DNA of 64,000 bases from Octopus sinensis (GCF_006345805.1 NW_021836153.1:4642-68641); one strand, 5' to 3'; numbered from the stretch's first letter, positions 11,206 to 24,080 are shown. Program-made: numbers and translations. The notes: generated from the sequence alone by a model not told the origin.

Positions 11206-11239
11206 TATCGTCACTGAGGCTAATTTTATCTTATTACTG

Positions 11240-11412
11240 AGTGGGGTTGATGGCGGAATCGTTAGCGCATCGGATAAAGTGCTTTGCGATATTTGTTCCG
11301 GTTCTATCTGATTTTAAGCCCAGATCCTGCCGAAATCAATTTTGCTTTTCATCTGTCCAGTCAAATACTGCTGGGATCGACTTAATCCCATTCCCCGCCC
11401 CCTCTTCACAAT
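11240..11412 (+). mobile_element. Old SINE family B
   Basis: tggcggaatcgttagcgcatcggataaagtgctttgcgatattt...caattttgcttttcatc; ATT tail. Confidence 0.6.
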
Positions 11413-11421
11413 TATTATTAT

Positions 11422-11470
<49 letters not shown>

Positions 11471-11471
<1 letters not shown>

Positions 11472-11955
11472 GCCCTGATGCAGTACCAGGCAGTGGCTCT
11501 CATGGCTTCTGATCTTAAATGATTGGAAGTGTCATCATGTACATTGTTTTGTCTTGGTATAAAAGATGGGCTACAGCTTGACCTTAACCAGTTGAGCATG
11601 TCCCTTGGTGGCTGATGATACGTGCCACGAGTAGAAGTAATGGGGAGCATCATAGCCATGTGTTGAGAGGAATTCTTTGGTGTTTGGATAATTTACCCTT
11701 GGAAACATGGGTGTTTCGTTCATCATCAGAAAATTCAAACTGAGCCCCACCTGCAAGATCATGCGCTGTTTATCTTGATATGAGATCACCATGTCGCGCA
11801 CATATGGTTGTGATGCATGTACCTGGTGTGTACCCTTATCAGGCGGGTACTCATAATGAGTATGCTGGGCTTCGTATAGTTTACCCCAGCATCACTTTGA
11901 TAGTATGTGGTCAGGTTCTTTTTTCAGGGGTGTAGCCTCTAATGATTGCCACCCA
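11471..11955. mobile_element. Dispersed repeat family D (AAT-flanked, LINE-tail-like), with 43-bp foreign insert
   Basis: 11760-11906 is the reverse complement of 38150-38312; (AAT)n on both sides. Confidence 0.75.
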
Positions 11956-11957
11956 AC

Positions 11958-12008
<51 letters not shown>

Positions 12009-12009
12009 T

Positions 12010-12665
12010 TTGTCACAAGGACAGCAATTTTGGCGGAGGGGCTGAGTCGATTACATCGACCCCAGTGTTCAACTGGTACTTATTTTATCGACCCTGAAAA
12101 GTTGAAAGACAAAGTCGACCCCCATCGGAATAATAATCTCTTCTACAATAGGCACAAGGCTTGAAATTTTGGAGGAGGGGACAGTCGATTATATCAACCC
12201 CAGTGCTCAAATGGTACTTATTTCACCGACCCCGACGGAATAATAATGATAATCCTTTCTACGATAGGAATAGGGCCTGAAATTTGGGGGAATAGGGATA
12301 GTCGATTACATAGACCCTAGTGTTTCACTGGTACTTATTTAATAGACCCCGAAAGGCAAAGTCGACCTCGGCGGAATTTGAACTCAGACCATAGCGATGG
12401 GCGAAATACCGCTAAGCAGGTCTAGTGTGCCAACGATTCTGCCAAATTATAATAATAATCCTGCCTATAATAGGCACAAGGCCTGAAATTTGCGGAGACG
12501 GGGTAAGCTGATTATATCGACCCTAGGGTTTCACTGGTACTTAATTTAATGACCCCCGAAAGGATGAAAGGCAAAGTCGACCTCGGCAAAATTAGAACTC
12601 AGAACGTGGCAACGGGCGAAATACCGCTAAGCATTTCGCCCCGGCGTGCTAACGATTGTGCCAAA
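12010..12665 (-). mobile_element. Stack of four SINE-B copies separated by AAT runs
   Basis: cacaaggc/gtcgatta/ccccagtg/ctggtactta module at about 12015, 12150, 12270, 12475; the last two extend into the head. Confidence 0.85.
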
Positions 12666-13375
12666 TAATAATAATAATAAAGAATTAGTAGTGTACCGGA
12701 GAAGAACATACATAGAGCCATACCACTTATGTTGACAAACACACACACACAAACACTTTCATAAACACATACGCATTTTATACACACACATTCATATGTA
12801 CGCATACATACTTGTGTATGTGTAGTAAAAATCACACACACACCTTATAGCAAATATACATGAATAAACTACATACAACCATGGCTATTACAGACGAACA
12901 GACACATACATAGACACGTACAAACTACATATAAATGTATAATAACGACAACACAAGAGCAAACTTACTAAATAAACATAGTATTAAGTCTGTAATCTCA
13001 AACTACAACCAGTTTCACCATTAACATACCTCCCCCTCCTTCTTCTTCAGTCGTCAGCCTCCGCCACACCGCATTACACCACTTATACAAACAACATACA
13101 GTTTTTACACATGTATAAATATTTATACGGTTTAGGGGGAGGGGACAAACTCCACCTACTACTGCCACCATACACACACACACACGTATATATATATTCA
13201 TTCTCCTAAACACTCCCGTGCTATTAACACATGCGTGCATACACACAAACACACAGACGTACGTACAACACTGTACTCTCATAAATATATCGTAGAATTG
13301 CTTATCTTTTATGAAACAAATTTAATTTTTTTTTTTTCGCTGTTCCAACTTGGTTACTCTGCTGCCTTTACGTCA

Positions 13376-13538
13376 CCGTATTCGAACGTGTATAAGGAAC
13401 CCTTTTTTTGTCACGAATTAGTTTTTAAAAATACGGGAGTTTCTTATACACGAATAGTATTATAATCCCTTACAAAACCCTTTTTCCAAATCTTAAACCT
13501 CAAAAATTAGGGGATTACTTATACATGTTAAAATACGG
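13376..13538. mobile_element. pogo/Tc2-like MITE
   Basis: TIRs ccgtattcgaacgtgtataag / cttatacatgttaaaatacgg; TA after right end; internal cttatacacg repeat. Confidence 0.7.
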
Positions 13539-14514
13539 TAAGTACTGCTACCATTAATACTAACCCTACTACCAACCACCCAATGGACACCTTCTGGTGC
13601 CTTCGACTGTTGATTTCTTTTCTATACAGGAGCTGCATGTAGGCCCATCCTTGGATGATTTTATAATGGACTATTACATAAGGCGATCCTTCGATATTGG
13701 CTTACAGAGTGTTTCAGACAAGCCTCTTTGTCTACGTCACGAGGGAAGGTGGTGGGTGAATGGCGTCATGTACAAATAACGAAAGACTGCCTCATTTTTT
13801 TCCTAATAGAAGTCGCTGGCCTTTCATTCAACACCTTCACTATTTCTGGGCTGGCTTCACACGACTTTTCCCATAGTGCCATGTAACCGATTCAAAGAGG
13901 CAGAGATAGATGGGTGGAGAGAGAGTGCAGGAGGGAGACAGAGTAAGAGAAAATTATCGATTTCAAAAAGATGGGAGGCAAAAAGGACCTCGATGGGATT
14001 TGAATTCAAAAGCATAGAGGGCCGGGACAAATGCCGCATAGAATTCTATCCGACGCTCTGTCCACTCTGCAAATTCACCAACATTTGTAATCCGGACCTA
14101 ACTCTTAAAATCGCTCCCGACAATTGAATGTTTTATTGGGGAAGTTTTAAACAGTATGTTCCATATTTTAGAATTTCCAAAAAGTCGAACACACACACAT
14201 ACACACAGAGCATGTGTTAAAAGAAATGAAAACCAGATCTGAGAACAGAACCGTTATTTTCCATGAATACTTTAGAAATAAGAGAAGAAAAACATTTGTA
14301 AATTCATTGTAATTATAATTTTGTTCTGTTTTTACTCCTTCTTTTGGAATATTTTGCTCAAAATGCTTAGGCTAGTTAATACAGTTTGGCCGTCCTTCCT
14401 GATCAGCATCGCACATCGATTGAGCGAACAAATTAACCACAGGAAGGCGAAACTAATCTAGACGGCATTTGAACGATCTTCGCCGCAGAAAATATCGTAT
14501 CGTATTTTATATCT

Positions 14515-14780
14515 TTTCTACTCTAGGCACAAGGCCCGAAAGTTTGGGGGAGGGGACCAGTTGATTAGATCGACCCCAGTACGTATCTGGTACTTAATTT
14601 ATCAACCCCGAAAGGATGAAAGGTCTAGCCACAAGGCCCGAAAGTTTGGGGGAGGGGACCAGTCGATTAGATCGACCCCAGTACGTAACTGGTACTTAAT
14701 TTATCGACTCCGAAAGGATGAAAGGCAAAGTCAACCTCGGCGGAATTTGAACTCAGAACGTAAAGACAGACGAAAACGTA
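14515..14780 (-). mobile_element. SINE family B with 102-bp tandem duplication of tail
   Basis: ctag(g/c)cacaaggcccgaaagtttgggggaggggaccag...gaaaggatgaaagg at 14523 and 14625. Confidence 0.9.
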
Positions 14781-15639
14781 TTTTTTATATCTGAAGCTCT
14801 AAATGATTCTGCTAATTTCACCGTTCTCTTTAATCGACAAAGACAAAAACCAAAAAAAAATCAGTTTGTTACAGAGAGAGTGGTGGGGAAAGTGGTCAGG
14901 TTCTTTTTTCAGGGGTGTAGCCTCTAATGATTGCTACAGTAGCACCTAACAAAAGGCAGGATCCAGGAGGAGAGTTTACACTGAGTAATAAATTCCGTCT
15001 CCCACTCTAGAAGAAGTACCATCCACCTGAGACATCCACAGTTTCTGTCTACAAAGTCATTGGTAATAAACACAGTTCCCCCAAGTGATATTGAACACAA
15101 AACCTCGGAATCCATTCTTTTCACATTTGCTTTTTGATTTTTTTCTTGTTTTTTTTTTTTCTTTTTTTTATTTGGGGGTGGGATGCTTTTTGCATAATTA
15201 ATGAATATGGAGATTAATAGTAGTTTGGTGAGACGAAGCGGAGGTGAGTTTACTTGGAAATAAAACTGTGGGTGTCATTCTACAGAGACAGATCACAGTG
15301 GAAAGAGAGGAGGAGGAGTGGTGGGTTTGTGTATAGAAAACAAAAATAAATTCAGAAATAAACACACACACACACACACACACACACATCAAAACTGAAA
15401 ACAAAAACAAAACAGGTGAATACTGAGGGGGTGGGGACGGAACTGTCAACTGCAGACAGGTTTGTGCAATGGGGCAGAAGGGCCGGAAGGTTTGTATAGT
15501 GAGGCGGTGCTGTAGATTACTAGAGAAGGGAAGGCGGTGCAGCGGGGACAGTTATGGAGGTTGTTAGTGGAGACCCAGCTGGTTTGACCCAACGTTGTTA
15601 AAATTAAAACAAAAATTGACACAACCGTCATAATCGGAT

Positions 15640-15696
15640 TTGATATTTGACCTCAAGCAAAGCAGAATTGACCTCTTCACATTAAACACGCCGCAC

Positions 15697-15727
<31 letters not shown>

Positions 15728-15960
15728 TTGCTGGGTCACCCACCTCACCTGAAACCTGTCGCCTTCATTTCTCTTCCTGTGCGTATGTGTGCGCGCGAGC
15801 GAGCGAGCGAGCGATAGAAGTCGTCGTTTAAAGAAAGAAAAGAAAAGAACGGAGTTTGTGACAAAAGAGAGCAGTTGTGTGACGACGGTGAGGGCGCGAG
15901 GGAAGTAATAGGAGAGAAAGGAAGATATGAGAGAGCGAAGAGAGAGAGAGATTTATGTTA
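15640..15960 (-). promoter_or_regulatory. Candidate promoter / first exon
   Basis: CpG-rich (gcgcgcgagcgagcgagcgagcga), GA tracts, (GCT)n, inside a repeat-poor 1.7-kb block; minus strand ATG 15768, CAG|GTGAGG donor after 15749. Confidence 0.3.
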
Positions 15961-16471
15961 AAGAGCTCAAAAAGGGGAGATAAGGAAAGATATGGGGGGA
16001 GAGTGACTAGAGAAAGAGGTTAGTATGCGTGTCTACAGTAAAACAGGTTTTGCTATTTACTTAGTCCTCTTCGCTACCACCGCCACCCATGTCCTAGCTA
16101 TCCTCTGGCGGCTCCCTTTGTATTGTATCCTCTAGCGGCTCCGTTATTATTATCATCATTAGTGTTATTAGTATCATAAATAAAAATAAAATAAAATATT
16201 TAGAATTTACAAACCATTATTATTGTTGTCATAACATTTTAATGACGTTAGGTCACTGAATGCAATGGCAATTTTTGCATTGTATCCCTTACTAAGAATT
16301 GAACTCCCCTTTTACAATCACGCACATCCCTGTTGATGTAAGCCTTGTTTGCGATGTTGTTGTAGATCACTCGGCTGTCTTGTAGATGGTTTTTAAACTA
16401 CATTCGATAGAGGGACCCCAGCGCGCGAGTTCAAGGTTTTGAGCACCGGAGTTGTAACATCGTTGAAGTAA

Positions 16472-17393
16472 CGGTACTTTTTGGTTATCTCACCCCCATT
16501 AAAAAATTGCCATTAAGAAATTGGGTTATTTCTCCCCTAAAAAGTTGAGTTAATGTGGAGACAAGAGATTGAATTAAAAGGGTTGGATCCTTTTGATTCA
16601 ATACTTCAGTACATTGTTGACGTTTGGCCTCCTCGATAGACATGATATGGCGTGGATTCGATCCTCGATTGCCAAGATGGCATCTGGTAAATATAACTAC
16701 TGTCACTCACAGAAAAAACTCTTGTTTTACCGTGGGAAAAGCGTTGCTGAACAGTTAAGTGAAATTTGGCGATCGAGGATTGAACCCACGTCATGCCTGC
16801 ATGAAGCCACTACAGATTCAATAAGATGTTTAAATCTTTTCAGTTATCATTCTTATTTTTTTCCCCCGTTTTCATGTTTACCCTTTTACTTGTTTCAGTC
16901 ATTTGACTGCGGCCATGCTGAAGCACCGCCTTTAGTCGAGCAAATCGACCCCAGGACTTATTCTATCGATATCTTTTACTGAAAACACAACAGCATCGGT
17001 TGTCAAGCAATATTGGGAGGGGGGACAAACGCGGATGCACAAACATATACACACACGTACATTATATATATATATATATATATATATATACAAACATATA
17101 TACGACGGGCTTCTTTCAGTTTCCGTCTACCAAATCCACTCGCAAGGCTTTGGTCGGCCCGAGGCTATAGTAGAAGACCCTTGTCCAAGGTGCCACGCAG
17201 TGGGACTGAACCTGGAACCATGTTGTTGGTAAGCAAGCTACTTACCACACAACTTTTCATTTTTTGTTTTTATTTTATTAAGAGTTAAACAATTTCTTTA
17301 GTTGGGGAGATAACCACAAGTACCGATATTTTTCATAAAACGGGGGAGATAATCCAATTTTTTAATGGGGGTGAGAAAAACCAAAAAGTACCG
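16472..17393. mobile_element. Non-autonomous TIR DNA transposon, superfamily unresolved, with nested SINE-A
   Basis: TIRs cggtactttttggttatctcacccc / ggggtgagaaaaaccaaaaagtaccg; subterminal ttatctcccc-type repeats at both ends. Confidence 0.75.
16881..17251 (-). mobile_element. SINE family A, near full length
   Basis: Tail + (TA)n + head, 5' few bases missing. Confidence 0.9.
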
Positions 17394-18280
17394 AATTAAT
17401 TAGCATATCTGGGGTTGCCTACCTATGCATGTAAAAACCAGAACCCCGAAAGATGCATCAATAGCTCAACCAAAGAGAAGACAGCTATGAAGTGCAAAGA
17501 GCAAGGCAAGTTAAGATACCTTGGCCATCCACAGTATTTCTTTGTCTTGTTATCTGGATTATATAGCGTTGCTATTATGCAAAAGTGTTGTAAGTCCAAA
17601 ACGTTGCTTTTCCAGAAAACGAAGAAATAGTTTCACCATTTCATAGTAAAACCGTTGTACTACACTTTGGCAATTTTGATATCTTGGCTTCTGAAGCAGC
17701 TGGAGATACGATAGTTTGACCAAAAGAGACGTCTCTAACGTGTGAGTGTGTGTGTGAATGTCACAATATGTATGTGTGCGTTCATGGGTGTCTCTCAATG
17801 TGTATAGGTGTGTACGTGGGTGAATGTTCACCAGTGAATGTCGCAAGTCAGTGACCGCACAACACATTTATAATATACCACCACCATAACCTACTACTAC
17901 TACTACCACCACCACCACTACTATCCCCACCACCATCACCTACTACTACCACCACCACCACCATCCCCAAGTAGGTGAGAGGTGGGAGGAATTTGCATTT
18001 GTGAGAGTATTTCATATATTAGCTTTACTCCCTGCTGTGTGTGTGACAGCCCTTGACGTGTGTGTGTAGGAATGTCCACTCCTATTACCAACGAACACAC
18101 CAACACCCATGAGTCAGTCGGCTTTGTAAAAAAATTGCTAAATGAAAAACTCAGAGTAGCGGCGGGATGAGGTTTTCACTTTGATACAAGTAAATAAATG
18201 AACTCTACATGTAATTAAGTCGCTCGTATGTATGTATGTATGTCTTCTATTGTTGAATTATTATAAATCTTCCACTGAAG

Positions 18281-18466
18281 AGGGACAGACAAAGGGATTA
18301 AGTCGATTACATCGACTCCAGTGCGTAACTGGTACTTAATTTATCGACACCGAAAGAATGAGAAGCAAAGTCGATCTTGGCGGAATTTGAATTCAGAACG
18401 TAACGGCAGACGAAATGCCACCAAGCATCTCGGCCGGCGTGCTAACGTTTCTGCTAGCTCGCCGCC
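18281..18466 (-). mobile_element. SINE family B monomer
   Basis: Head end gctaacgtttctgctagctcgccgcc; B-box-like gaatttgaattcag; body as 36626 copy. Confidence 0.9.
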
Positions 18467-18600
18467 TTCCTATAGACTAAATACTAAAACAGGTATTGAG
18501 ATGAGGTCTTTCTTCAGAGCGCTGTCAAACACAGCCATGAAAATATGAATTGTTTTTCATTAACGACACCACTGTGGATATATATACGTTTTATATAAAG

Positions 18601-18758
18601 AATGTCTCAGATAACTTCGTGGCGACTAATGAGAAGTCGGTCTGTCTGCTGAAAGAGGTTGCCGTACGGTGGAGCGATTTCAAAGCGTTTAGAACAAGAC
18701 TCGTTATATCTGCGACAATCAAATCCTCTTCAGCTTCAAATATCACAAGAAACGGAAG
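18601..18758 (+). other. Candidate exon, unidentified
   Basis: Stop-free frame NVSDNFVATNEKSVCLLKEVAVRWSDFKAFRTRL... ending at AAG|GTGAGA; weak acceptor; no recognisable domain. Confidence 0.15.
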
Positions 18759-19014
18759 GTGAGAGGGGGAAAAAAAAAAGAAGCATTGCCTTCATTCATA
18801 TTTGAGTAAAAGATTAGGTATAACTTGTGACACTGCTGCTTGAAATCTACGTGGATGTTGGATTTGAGAGTGGAAGGTGGTCGCTGTCTTAACTACCTCG
18901 GTACTCACTAGGTGGCAGTTCCTACGGCTTTGTCGCAGCTAGCTTTGTTTATATTTTATACGAAGAATGTTTTTCCATGTTGTACAACGTGTTTTGCCAA
19001 GTCTCACTATTATA

Positions 19015-19247
19015 CAGGGTGTTCAAAAAGTCTCTCCGCAGTTAATGTTTTTGTTGTTTTTTTTTTCCTCCTCCAAGATGTATTTCAAAGCATGTGCAAG
19101 AGAGGCAATTTGTGTATTTAAAATAAAGGACGACACTTTCAACACCTCTTGTAAAGTCTAATATATTCTTTTGTAGTCTTATACCATCTGATAAATATTT
19201 ATTTTACAATAAAATACTTACTGCGGAGAAACATTTTGAACACCCTG
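19015..19247. mobile_element. Tc1/mariner MITE with TA TSD
   Basis: TA|cagggtgttcaaaaagtctctccgcagt ... actgcggagaaacattttgaacaccctg|TA. Confidence 0.9.
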
Positions 19248-19259
19248 TACATACATAGA

Positions 19260-19664
19260 GGCACAGGCATGGCAGTGTGGTAAGAAGCTTGCTTCTCAAC
19301 CACATGGTTCCGGGTTCAGTCCCACTGCATGGCACCTTGGGTGAGTGTCTTCTACTATAGCCTTGGGCCAACTAAAGCCTTGTGAGTGGTTTGGTAGGCG
19401 GGAACTGAAAGAAGCCCGTCGTATATGTGTGTATGTGTGTGTCTCTTTGCCCCCCACCCCACCCCCGCCATCGCTTGACAACCGATACTGGTGTGTTTAT
19501 ATCCTCGTTACTTAACGGTTCGGCAAAAAGCGATCGATAGAATAAGTACTAGGCTTACAAAGAATAAGCCCCCAGGTTCGAATTCTTCGACGAAAACCCT
19601 TTAAGGCGGTGCTCCAGCATGGCCGCAGTCAAATGACTGAAGCAGGTACAAGACTAAAAGAAAA
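19260..19664 (+). mobile_element. SINE family A, full length
   Basis: A-box tggcagtgtgg, B-box gggttcagtccc, short TG run, complete tail to gactgaagcaggtacaagactaaaag. Confidence 0.9.
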
Positions 19665-20996
19665 CACCTAACTCGTTTGCTTGTAATCATTTTGTATAAA
19701 TTGTTTTATAAGTATCGGATGGTGGTTGACGAACTCGGAACCACCTCAAAACACATACACAAACAAAATTGACATGAGATGTTGCAGCTACCAGACATCA
19801 TGTGAAGTAGACATTGGGCGGCGGCCATACTCGGAACAGCGTACAAGTTGAGGAAGGCACTGCGCATTTTCGTCGACCCCCCCCTCCACCATCACCACCA
19901 CCATCTCCACCCCTCCCCACTTTCTTTTCACTCTTTTGAAATGTCAAATCGCTAAACAGTTTCGATTCCTGCGAGCATCAAACTAATGACTCTGACTGTG
20001 AAATCATTCCGTCCTGTTTTCGTTTTTCACCATAGTGAATGTGTGTGTGTGTGTGTGTGCGTGTGCGTGCGTCAGAGACAGTCACTCAGAGAAAGAGTGA
20101 TTAAAACGTTGATATCGATTTTGCTTTTCATTTTACTCCTAGGTCGATAAGATAACCAAACAAAATATTTTTAACCCTTTGAACGCAGAAAACCGAATAT
20201 ACCCGCTCGAAATTTTATCATCGTAACCTGCGGAAAGCGGAATTACCTAATGGCTTTCAAAAATAAAATCTCCTTACGTTGCTAAAAGCCAAGGCTCTCT
20301 TTCTTCTGCTCCCAATGACACTCTTTGCAAATTGAGGTTTTTCAGATTTTCTGATTTCACATATTTCATCAGATATCTCTTAACAGAGCAAGAATCAAAT
20401 GCTGTTTTAGCGGTGGATATAGAAACCTTGCCTACAGGAGATAACGATAAAGTATGGCAGAAGCAGAAAATACCAACTCTACTTTTTGTGGGTTAACTAA
20501 CATCATTACGGGAACGACCGTGAAATTTAATTACGCAGTCAATACTGTAATGCCCTGGGTGTGTTTCTAAAGATATATATGGTTTTACAAGGGCTGTTAT
20601 TTAGTCAGAGATCAGCAATGTTTGAAAAATATAAAAACCCATCATGAGATATTTCCACCATCAACCCATCGTGTAGATTTACAAATTCCATTGGCCAACA
20701 AGTCCTTCTTAGAAGAGAGAGTAATTTGCACTTTTAGGCATTTGGTAGCTATTTCTAACAGGTCGTAGGTATCTCCTCTATTATATAAGAATCTGAGGCT
20801 ATATATATTAGTGATCTCACGTAAAATTAGTTTAAAAAGTAGAAGTATGCCATCCCATCTTCCTACAGTAATCAGCCGTTTAGAAGTTCACACAACCAGC
20901 AATAGTTTTAACCAATGTTATAATGTTTCGTAAAAGCGCATCCCTATAAAACACGCTCGTTCACGCATCCACATTCTCAGCCTCTTACGCTTACAG

Positions 20997-21000
<4 letters not shown>

Positions 21001-21059
<59 letters not shown>

Positions 21060-21075
21060 GTGTGTGTGTGTGTGC
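21001..21075. repeat. (CT)n then (GT)n microsatellite
   Basis: Long pure CT run followed by TG run. Confidence 0.95.
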
Positions 21076-21842
21076 AAGCGTGTGAGAGTGTGTATATGTG
21101 TGTATGTCGTGGGGGGGTATTAGAATCAGCAGTAGCACTGGCGACTTCATAACGTTTAGCTGACATCATCACCATCATATAACCATCATCATCACCACCA
21201 CCACCACCATCATCATCATCATCGCCAGCTTTGTCATCGTATAACCCCTCGCCTACACCCTTCAACCCACCCCTCCCTCCCTCTCTCTCTCTTCAACAAA
21301 CCCACTCTTTCTGCTCTCTTCCTCCTCCCGCCCCTCTCACACATCATCCACCCCAGCCTCTGAGCCTGGAAACTTTCATCAGTTTTATGAAATGAGCCAA
21401 AAAATTGGAAAATAAAAACTTTCAACTTAAGTTTTCTCTTTCTTTGATGTGTAAACACGGGGAGGCACACATGCGTGTGTGTTGGTGGGGAGGTAGTCAT
21501 ACATATACAAATATAATTATGTACACACACACAGACACATACATTATATATATATATATATCACTTATGTTTGCTTAATGTAAATTTTTAGTAATATAAG
21601 ACAAACACGTTAGTAAGTTATCTGTGTGCGTGTGCATAGTGCATTACATACACGTAGTGTGTGTGTGTGTGTGTGTGTATGTGTGTGTGCGTTTTCCTAT
21701 CCATACTTTTTCTTCTCTTATTATTCCCATGCTCTTTCTCCCCCACCCCTAAAATAATTGAATGTGTGAGTATTTACAAATAATGCATGTGTGTGTGCAT
21801 GCGTGTGTGTGTGTGGGTGTATGTATACTGGTGTGTAAGGTA

Positions 21843-21915
<73 letters not shown>

Positions 21916-22029
21916 AGCGTGCCTGTTTATGTGTAAAGGATTTATGCATTCAGTCAATCAAACCAGATCGAACCCTTAGTCATTTCAGCAGCTCTCCTAC
22001 GCCGGAGAAACTTCTACATGGATGTTCTA

Positions 22030-22198
22030 GCTACCAGAAATAGCAGCCAAAACTTCTTTGTTACACACAACTTTCCGTTTAAAAAAAAAAGCACTACGAT
22101 TGAAAAATTGATGATCAGGTCATGGCTAAAATATCTTTTGCTGAAACGCCTGTTCGATCATGGTTGACATCGAAGCTAAACAACAACAATAACAAGAA
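22030..22198 (+). mobile_element. Dispersed repeat family E
   Basis: ctaccagaaatagcagccaaa...ggtcatggct...gaagctaaacaacaac. Confidence 0.6.
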
Positions 22199-23263
22199 CA
22201 TTAAATTTTATACAAAGAGGGTGTAAATAGAATGCCTGTATACGTGTTCACATGCGTATATGTACGTATACAAACGAGACGGTGTATATATATATGTGTG
22301 TGTTTTGTACACTTATAATATTTTGTCTTTTCCCCATTTCTCTCTCAAACAATAAACGAATACTTTTCAAAAAACAAAAAAATACAAATAACAACGACAG
22401 CCAGATAGCAAACAACAACAATATGATGAATAATGATAAAACAACAACCCCTCGATGGTAAATATAATTACATCTGAAATAATTCCTGCAAAACATCTTT
22501 AGGTGTGAAATTTCTCTTCCTTTGAAGACAAAAACGAAAAATACATACACAAAAATTTTCACTTCATATATTGTCTTTTGCAGGGGGGTTTATTTTTCCA
22601 TTTATCTCTTTTGGTGGTGTTGTTTTTATTAATGTTTCATTATCGTTGCCCTCCACCCACCCACACACACACCCGACTCTCCTTTCCTCTTTTCCTACAT
22701 CTCACTATCTCTCGTGTTTTATATTGATGTCTTACTCTCTTGCTTACACCGTTATTTGTTTTTGTACACTAGCTTTCCCCGTCAGACACCTCCAGCTTTC
22801 AGTTTCTCCAATTTTCCTTTAAAGAAAATGACTAATGCTTGTTTATTTGCTTGCGTTTTTATCTATATTTTTAATTGGTTCTTTCAGATGGGAAAATGAG
22901 AATTGGAAGATTAGATAAAATATTTAAACACAAAACACACCACACACACACACACACACACACACAAATACGTGTGACTGTATAAGTAGATGCATATGTA
23001 TAAATGTGTGTTGAAATGTACAAACAAATAATTATTCAAAATTCTTGTTTTCTATTTCTTTCATTTTTTTTTTTTTTTTCAAATTCACTCTAGCAATAAA
23101 TAGATTGCTTGAGTCATTCTACAACAGTGCGTCGGACAAAGTGCTTTACTGTATTTCTTGATGTCCTTTTGGGTTCTGAATTCAAATACCGCTGTGATCA
23201 ACTTTATCTTTCATCCTGCTGGAGTCAAGAACTACTGCGATTGATATGTATTCGCATAATTAA

Positions 23264-23466
23264 CCCTCTCAGACCTGAGCCCCTGCGTCTAACACTTGAG
23301 CTCCCGAGCAAGAAAGTCCATAGCTGCATATACAGCTGAAGAGTAACGCAAAACCCACGTGGTTGAGAAACAAGCTTCTTACCACATATTCGGCCGCATC
23401 TATCTTTTTTTTGTACTTTATGGCTTTACCGGGAACCCAGCAGAAATGACGTTCGGCGTGACAGGG
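23264..23466. mobile_element. piggyBac-like MITE with TTAA TSD
   Basis: TTAA|ccctctcagacc ... ggcgtgacaggg|TTAA; 9 of 12 TIR bases match. Confidence 0.5.
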
Positions 23467-23792
23467 TTAACGGCAAATGTTAATGAATAAAAAAACGTAA
23501 AACCTAAAAGCAAACATCTTACTGGTCTACTATGACCAGCTGGTTTAGTGGAACAATTCCAGTGGTCACCAATCATTCTCAATTCAGTTTAATTTCCTTA
23601 CTATCGACCTCACTTCATTTTAAGTGTGCTTCTTCAATCACTGTTGTCTAAACAACAGCTTGGTCTCCACATTGAGGAAATCCTACAAGCCAGACATTCT
23701 AGTTATAACCACCCTGTCTTATTTGAATAGAATGACTAAGACATTATTGAGTCTTTCTTCACCTTTCTAAGACGCAAGGGTTGAAGGAAAAA

Positions 23793-24080
23793 GATTTGGC
23801 TACTATTTCTAGCAAGTCAACTTATCACAGGTTTCCCACGTTTGTTGATACATATAAGATTGATTTGAGGGAGATTTGGCTGCTGCTACTTCTAACAGGT
23901 CGATTTCATCACGTAAAGGCTCGTACAGATACATTACGTTACATTTACATACAGAATACAGAAGAGCGTCGTTTCAGAAAAAGCTTGGCTGCTATTTGTA
24001 ACAAGTCTAACTTCGACACAAATGTTTCCTTGGTCGGATGATATGACAGGACGAGGATTTGGCTATTATTTCTATCAAGC
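23793..24080 (-). repeat. Four copies of the family-E 5' motif with unique spacers
   Basis: (g)atttggct(g/a)ctatttctagca-type motif at 23793, 23873, about 23982 and 24056. Confidence 0.6.

Noticed and set aside
11710-11732. Minus-strand CTGATGA tgaac GAAAC
   Set aside because: Only 5 nt separate the core halves, so there is no stem II.
15685-15735. Poly-Q or poly-A coding tract from (CAG/GCT)n
   Set aside because: The frames close within a few codons; more likely UTR or intron.
20171-20500. TTAA-CCCTTT piggyBac-like left end
   Set aside because: No matching right TIR found; the gggttaa at 20490 does not mirror it.
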